NCBI GenBank assembly: GCA_963737905.1
Contig: CAVTUQ010000008.1
Coordinates: 199,982-263,981 of the forward strand
DNA: 64,000 bases
Direction of reading: 5' to 3'
From: an uncultured delta proteobacterium
GTDB taxonomy: Bacteria; Desulfobacterota; Binatia; UBA9968
Part shown: positions 59,062 to 64,000 of the stretch, in pieces
How positions within the stretch are numbered: the first letter of the stretch is position 1
Layout: each line of letters starts with the position of its first letter
The notes under the pieces: model-generated
Seen by the model: the letters and a program-made list of their open reading frames with translations, nothing else
Database searches by the model: none
What the model was told of the DNA's origin: nothing
Made by a program: the position numbers and the translations under genes

Positions 59062-61443
59062 ATGGATTTTCCCATCAATCCTCCCATTGGGGATCGCGTC
59101 AGAAGAAAAGAAACGCTGCGCTTTGTTTCCGGCACCGGCCGCTACGTGGACGACCTGTTGCCGCCCGGCACTTTGCACGCGGCATTTGTCCGGAGCTCCT
59201 GCGCCCACGCGCGGATCAAGGGCATTGACGTTGAAGCCGCTCGCGCGATGCCGGGTGTCCGCGCCGTGTTTACGGGAAAAGATGTCGCGCAGAAACTCAA
59301 GCCTCTGAGGGTCGGCGGCAGCCCGCTATTGCGGCAAATCAAGCTCTATCCTTTGGCGGTCGACAAAATTCGCTACTTCGGCGAGCCTATGGCGGTGGTC
59401 GTTGCCGATAACCGCTATCTGGCGGAGGATGCGGTCGATGTGGTGTCGGTGGATTTCGAACGGTTGCCGGCAGTCGTGGATCCCGAAGCCGCCATGGAAC
59501 CCGGTGCGCCTTGTGTGCATGAGGAGGTTGGCAGCAACATCGTTTACAAATATCATTTCGTTACTGACGGTATCGATAAGGTGTTCCAGGACGCCGATGT
59601 TGTCATCAAGGAAAGAATCCGTAGCCATCGCATCACGGCCTGCCCCATAGAGCCGCGCGCTTATCTGGCCCACTACAATCGAGAGGAAGATAGCCTGACG
59701 ATGTGGTCGGCGACGGCGAATCCACATTCTCTCCGGACGCGCATCGCCGAGATGTTGAGTTTTCCCGAAGGCAAGGTTCGCGTCATCGCGCCGGACGTCG
59801 GCGGTTCTTTCGGGCTTAAGATCCAGACCTACCAGGAAGAGCTTCTGTTGCCGTTCCTCTCGCGTGAGGTCGGGCGGCCGATCAAGTGGTGCGAGACACG
59901 GGTGGAACATCTGCGCAACGGCCGGCATGGACGCGACCAGATTCACACAATCGAAATGGCATTAAAAAAAGATGGAACTATGCTGGCGATCAGAGACAAA
60001 ATCGTTGCCGACATGGGCTCGACGTACACCGTCGATCACTCGATCATGGCCAGCGCATTGTATGTTCCCGGTGTTTATCAAATCCAGAACTATGCGGTGG
60101 ACGCCTTCGGCGTGGCGACCAATAAAACCACGCATGGATCGTTGCGCGGTATCGGCAAGGCGGACGCTTCTTATATTTTGGAACGGCTCGTGGATATTGT
60201 CGCTCGGGAATTGAAGTTGGATCCCATCGAGATTCGAATGAAAAACTTCATTCCCGCGGAAGCGTTCCCCTATCGCAACGCCACCGGCGCGCTCTATGAC
60301 AGCGGCCAGTACCATTTGGCTCTGACACGCACCGCAGAAATGGCGGGCTACGAGCAACTTCGCAAAGAGCAAGCCGAGTTACGCAAGAAAGGCATCTACC
60401 GCGGCATCGGCGTCGCGCTGGTGATGGAGCCGACCAGCTCGAGCCGCATTCATGCCACTGGCGGTTATGCCTCCTGCCGGCTGCGCATCGAGCCGTCGGG
60501 AGCGGCTACGGTGTTTTCGAGCATGGGCGAGCAGGGGCAAGGGCATGAGACGACCATCGCACAGATCGTCGCCAGCCAGACTGGCATCCCATTCGATAAG
60601 ATCACCGTGATTCACGGCGATACCTTGCCGACTCCCTACGGCTTCGGCACCGGCAGCAGCCGCTCGTCGGTGGTTTTGATGCCTTCAGCCTGGGTGGCAG
60701 GCAAGTTGATGCGCGACAAGATTCTCGGCATCGCCGCCCGCCAGTTGGGTGTGGTTCCGGAAAAGCTCGAGATCGGCGATGGCAAAGTCTTCGCTAGGGA
60801 GAATCGGGAGCAATCCATCGCGGTCACGGAAATTGTCCGGACCGCTTATGGCGCGATTCATCTCTTGCCGGAAAACATGGAGCCTGGGCTCGAAACCACA
60901 GGTTACTTTATCAATCCCAACATCGATTATGAGCCGGACGAAAAGGGCCGGATGAACACGTTTTCCAGTTATCCCTACGCGGCGATCATCGCGGTGGTCG
61001 ACGTGGACGTCGAAACCGGTTTCATCAAGATCGTTAAGTACTGCACGGTTCATGATTGCGGCAACATGATCAATCCGCAAATCGTCGACACGCAGCAGCA
61101 GGGCTCGATTGTTCAGGGGATCGGCGCCGCGCTCTACGAAGAGCTGCGCTACGACGAGGAGGGACAGCTTCTGACTTCGACGTTTATGGACTATCGGCTA
61201 CCGTCGGTAGAGGAAGTTCCGGAACTTGAACTGGAGCACATCATAACGCCGAATCCGTTTACCCCCTTGGGAGCTAAAGGAGCTGGAGAGACCGGAATGC
61301 TTGGGCCGCCGCCGGCGCTCTGTAACGCGGTGGAAGACGCGTTAAGTCCCTTCGGTGTAAAGATCCGCCAAACACCGCTCACGCCCGAACGGGTCTTAGA
61401 CTTGATCGAGAAAGCGAAGGTTTCGAAGTCCACTTATGGTTAA
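59062..61443 (+). CDS. Molybdenum hydroxylase large (molybdopterin) subunit
   Basis: GRYVDD, GGSFGLK, SLRGIG, EQGQGHET, GTGSSRS, GAKGAGETG. Confidence 0.93.
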   Translation: MDFPINPPIGDRVRRKETLRFVSGTGRYVDDLLPPGTLHAAFVRSSCAHARIKGIDVEAARAMPGVRAVFTGKDVAQKLKPLRVGGSPLLRQIKLYPLAVDKIRYFGEPMAVVVADNRYLAEDAVDVVSVDFERLPAVVDPEAAMEPGAPCVHEEVGSNIVYKYHFVTDGIDKVFQDADVVIKERIRSHRITACPIEPRAYLAHYNREEDSLTMWSATANPHSLRTRIAEMLSFPEGKVRVIAPDVGGSFGLKIQTYQEELLLPFLSREVGRPIKWCETRVEHLRNGRHGRDQIHTIEMALKKDGTMLAIRDKIVADMGSTYTVDHSIMASALYVPGVYQIQNYAVDAFGVATNKTTHGSLRGIGKADASYILERLVDIVARELKLDPIEIRMKNFIPAEAFPYRNATGALYDSGQYHLALTRTAEMAGYEQLRKEQAELRKKGIYRGIGVALVMEPTSSSRIHATGGYASCRLRIEPSGAATVFSSMGEQGQGHETTIAQIVASQTGIPFDKITVIHGDTLPTPYGFGTGSSRSSVVLMPSAWVAGKLMRDKILGIAARQLGVVPEKLEIGDGKVFARENREQSIAVTEIVRTAYGAIHLLPENMEPGLETTGYFINPNIDYEPDEKGRMNTFSSYPYAAIIAVVDVDVETGFIKIVKYCTVHDCGNMINPQIVDTQQQGSIVQGIGAALYEELRYDEEGQLLTSTFMDYRLPSVEEVPELELEHIITPNPFTPLGAKGAGETGMLGPPPALCNAVEDALSPFGVKIRQTPLTPERVLDLIEKAKVSKSTYG

Positions 61444-61948
61444 GACAATTACTCTCACTGTCAATGGCAAGCCGTGCACCGGCGAGGTGGAATCGCGCAC
61501 GTTGCTGGCTCATTTTCTGCGCGACACATTGCGTCTTACCGGCACGCACCTGGGCTGTGTCGTCGGCCGATGCGGTGCTTGCACGGTTCTCTGGAACGGC
61601 ACGGCGGTGAAATCTTGCATGGTGTTCGCGGTTCAAGCCTCGGGTGACGAGATCGTTACCGTTGAAGGATTGGCGCAGGATCAGAGACTGAATCCTTTAC
61701 AGGAAGCTTTCTGGCAGAACGACGCGGTGGAATGCGGTTACTGCACGCCGGGCATGCTTATGTCTGCTTATGGCCTGCTCAAGAAGGTAAAAGATCCCAC
61801 GGAGGAGCAAATCAAGAAAGCCATTTCGGGAAACCTTTGCCGCTGCACCGGCTACCAAAACATCGTCGCCGCGATCAAAGAGGCAGCGAGGAACTTTGCG
61901 GCGCCTGGATTCTCGCTCAATGCATGCGGGAATGACGCACTTCGATAG
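61436..61948 (+). CDS. Molybdenum hydroxylase [2Fe-2S] small subunit
   Basis: GCVVGRCGAC...C, ECGYCTPG, NLCRCTGY. Confidence 0.93.
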   Translation: MVKTITLTVNGKPCTGEVESRTLLAHFLRDTLRLTGTHLGCVVGRCGACTVLWNGTAVKSCMVFAVQASGDEIVTVEGLAQDQRLNPLQEAFWQNDAVECGYCTPGMLMSAYGLLKKVKDPTEEQIKKAISGNLCRCTGYQNIVAAIKEAARNFAAPGFSLNACGNDALR

Positions 61949-61957
61949 AGTAGTTGT

Positions 61958-62980
61958 ATGTTAAGAGTTCTCGCCGCCGTAACTCTAATTTCTTGTTTGG
62001 GGCTTCCTGAGGCTTTTGGTGCCGAAGCTCTTAGGAAAATCAGGATTGCTTCAAAAGGGGGCGGAGAGACGTTGCTCCCTTATTTGATTTCCCAGCGGCT
62101 AGGGTTTTACCGAGACGAAGGACTCGACGTGGATGTGATCGTGACACGAGGGACGGTCACCACTCAAGTTCTGGTGGGTGGCGCGGTGGACTACGGTAAC
62201 GGTGGTTCGATTCCAGCCATGCTCGGTGGAGCGCGTCTGAAGATTTTGCTCATCAGCACCGACAAGCCCGCGCAGTACATGGTAAGCTCTACGAAGATTT
62301 CCCAACTGAAACAACTTGCCGGCAAGACCATCGCCGTTTCCGATTCGGCGGGCAATTCGACGCTTATTCTTCGCGAGCTGCTGACCAAGAATGGAGTGCC
62401 TATTGAAAGTGTACAGATGCGAGCCCTCGGGGAGCAGTCTATGCGGCTTGGCGCGCTCTTGGGTGGTACCGTAGACGCAACACTGGTGTCCTACGGCGCG
62501 GCGCAGCATGCGCAAACGAAAGGGTTCCGCATTCTTGCCTACAGCGGGGATTATGTCTCCTCGCTCAGCGCCAACCTCGAAACTACCGATGACAAGATTC
62601 AAAACGCGCCGGACGAAGTCTTTAGGGCCGTCAAGGCGACCCTAAAGGGACAGCTTTTCTTTCACCGCAATGCCAATGGGGCGACTAAGTTTGTCATGGA
62701 GGTCCTGCGGCTGACCCATGTCAACGAGGCCGCAGAGTTCTGGGCTGAGCGGACGAAGCAGGCGTCCGAGCTGGCCAAGGTGGGCAGGGCGTCGGATGAG
62801 GCCTTAACTACGAATATCGATCGGGTGAGAGAGCAAATGAAAATGGTGGGCGCGTCAAGCCGGATCAAGGAGAAATGGGCCCTCGATCAGGTCTATGATT
62901 TCTCCTTCGTCAAGAAAGCCTACGAAGAAATCCGGGCGAGCAAATGGGATCCGATGCGTTACGAATATGCGAAGAGGTAG
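61958..62980 (+). CDS. NitT/TauT substrate-binding protein
   Basis: Signal peptide; GFYRDEGLDVD, LAGKTIAVS, RLGALLGG.VDA. Confidence 0.85.
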   Translation: MLRVLAAVTLISCLGLPEAFGAEALRKIRIASKGGGETLLPYLISQRLGFYRDEGLDVDVIVTRGTVTTQVLVGGAVDYGNGGSIPAMLGGARLKILLISTDKPAQYMVSSTKISQLKQLAGKTIAVSDSAGNSTLILRELLTKNGVPIESVQMRALGEQSMRLGALLGGTVDATLVSYGAAQHAQTKGFRILAYSGDYVSSLSANLETTDDKIQNAPDEVFRAVKATLKGQLFFHRNANGATKFVMEVLRLTHVNEAAEFWAERTKQASELAKVGRASDEALTTNIDRVREQMKMVGASSRIKEKWALDQVYDFSFVKKAYEEIRASKWDPMRYEYAKR

Positions 62981-63006
62981 TAGGGGCGACCGGCGGGTCG
63001 CTCCTA
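62980..63006. repeat. GTAG-family REP palindrome
   Basis: GTAGGGGCGACC-ggcg-GGTCGCTCCTA. Confidence 0.7.
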
Positions 63007-63035
63007 GACGCCGAGACGCGAAGAGGAGACTCGCG

Positions 63036-64000
63036 ATGCATAGAATTATACTGGCCGTGGCTTTGTTTGCTTGTTTAGGAATCACCGATGCCTTTGCCGC
63101 CGAAGCGCTTAAGAAAATTCGCATTGCGTCGAAGGCGGCGGGCGAGTCTCTCGTTCCCTATGTGATTCCGCAACGCCTGGGTTTTTACCGGGAAGAGGGG
63201 ATAGATGTCGATGTCATCGTGACGCGGGGTACCGTAACCACTCAAGTCGTCATCAGCGGCGCCGTCGATTACAGCAACGGGGGATCGATCCCGGCGATTC
63301 TCGGCGGCGCGCGGCTCAAAATTCTCCAGGTCAGCACGGATAAACCGTCGCAGTACCTCGTGGTTTCACCGAAGATCACCAGCATGAAACAACTTAAGGG
63401 CAAGACGGTGGCGATTTCCGATTCCTCCGGTAACTCCACGTTGCTCTTCCGGGAGCTCCTGAGCAAGAATGGCGTGGCCGTCGAAACCGTGCAATTGCGG
63501 GCTCTGGGCGAGCCGTCGGTGCGGTTGGGAGCGTTGTTGGGCGGGGCCGTGGACGCGACGATGATTACCATCGGCAACGCTCGCCTAGCCCAGGCGAAGG
63601 GATTTCGTATTCTTGCCTACAGCGGCGACTATGTGTCGGCGCTGAGCGCCAACCTTGAAACCACGGATGACAAGATCCAGAACTCACCGGACGAGGTTTA
63701 CAGGGTCGTGAAAGCGACTCTGAAAGGTCAGCTGTTCTATCATCGTAATCCCAATGAAGCGGCTAAATTTATCATGGAAGTCCTGCGCATCGCTGATTTC
63801 AACGAAGCCAAAGAGATCTGGCGCGAACGGGACAAGCAAGCGTCCGAAATCGCCAAAACCGGGCGAGCCACGGAAGAAGTGATGACGACGAATATCGAGC
63901 GGGTGCGCGAACAGATGCGGGCGGTCGGCGCAGCGAGCAGGATTAAAGGGCCGGTGTCCCTGGACCAAGTCTACGACTTCACTTTCGTCAAGAAAGCCTA
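63036..64000 (+). CDS. NitT/TauT substrate-binding protein, tandem paralog, 3'-partial (absent from the ORF track)
   Basis: RBS GAGGAG, then ATG 63036: MHRIILAVALFACLGITDAFAAEALKKIRIASKAAGESLVPY..., collinear with 61958-62980; open to the window end. Confidence 0.88.
   Translation, partial: MHRIILAVALFACLGITDAFAAEALKKIRIASKAAGESLVPYVIPQRLGFYREEGIDVDVIVTRGTVTTQVVISGAVDYSNGGSIPAILGGARLKILQVSTDKPSQYLVVSPKITSMKQLKGKTVAISDSSGNSTLLFRELLSKNGVAVETVQLRALGEPSVRLGALLGGAVDATMITIGNARLAQAKGFRILAYSGDYVSALSANLETTDDKIQNSPDEVYRVVKATLKGQLFYHRNPNEAAKFIMEVLRIADFNEAKEIWRERDKQASEIAKTGRATEEVMTTNIERVREQMRAVGAASRIKGPVSLDQVYDFTFVKKA

Overview
A 64 kb bacterial window with moderately high GC. The gene content resembles Candidatus Binatia/Deltaproteobacteria-like genomes; this is an inference, not a database result. 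From left to right it holds: (1) a surface-glycan locus (GT4, WcaJ-like phosphotransferase, O-antigen ligase-like, cupin) running into a type II secretion cluster E-F-G-H-I-J-K-L-M-(C)-D, whose secretin carries a C-terminal SPOR domain; (2) a ~10 kb same-strand operon with Mo-hydroxylase maturation genes (CoxD/CoxE/two XdhC-like), an archaeal-type CTP-dependent riboflavin kinase, UbiX, type-2 IPP isomerase, two split-barrel flavoproteins and a MacAB-like exporter; (3) a Kef-like antiporter, amidohydrolase, peptidase C15 and DEAD helicase; (4) a MoxR/DUF58/VWA/TPR cluster, an HtrA-like protease and DAHP synthase; (5) a >22 kb catabolic region with three UbiD decarboxylases, a Rieske oxygenase, two molybdenum hydroxylases, an LLM monooxygenase, VOC, alpha/beta hydrolase, OsmC-like protein and five orphan substrate-binding proteins. 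The best candidate for an undescribed system is the kinase-ubiX-fni-flavoprotein module, which reads as a self-contained prenylated-FMN supply and maturation unit. About eight single-base frameshifts, mostly at 47-55.5 kb, look like assembly errors. I saw no rRNA, tRNA, CRISPR array or transposase.
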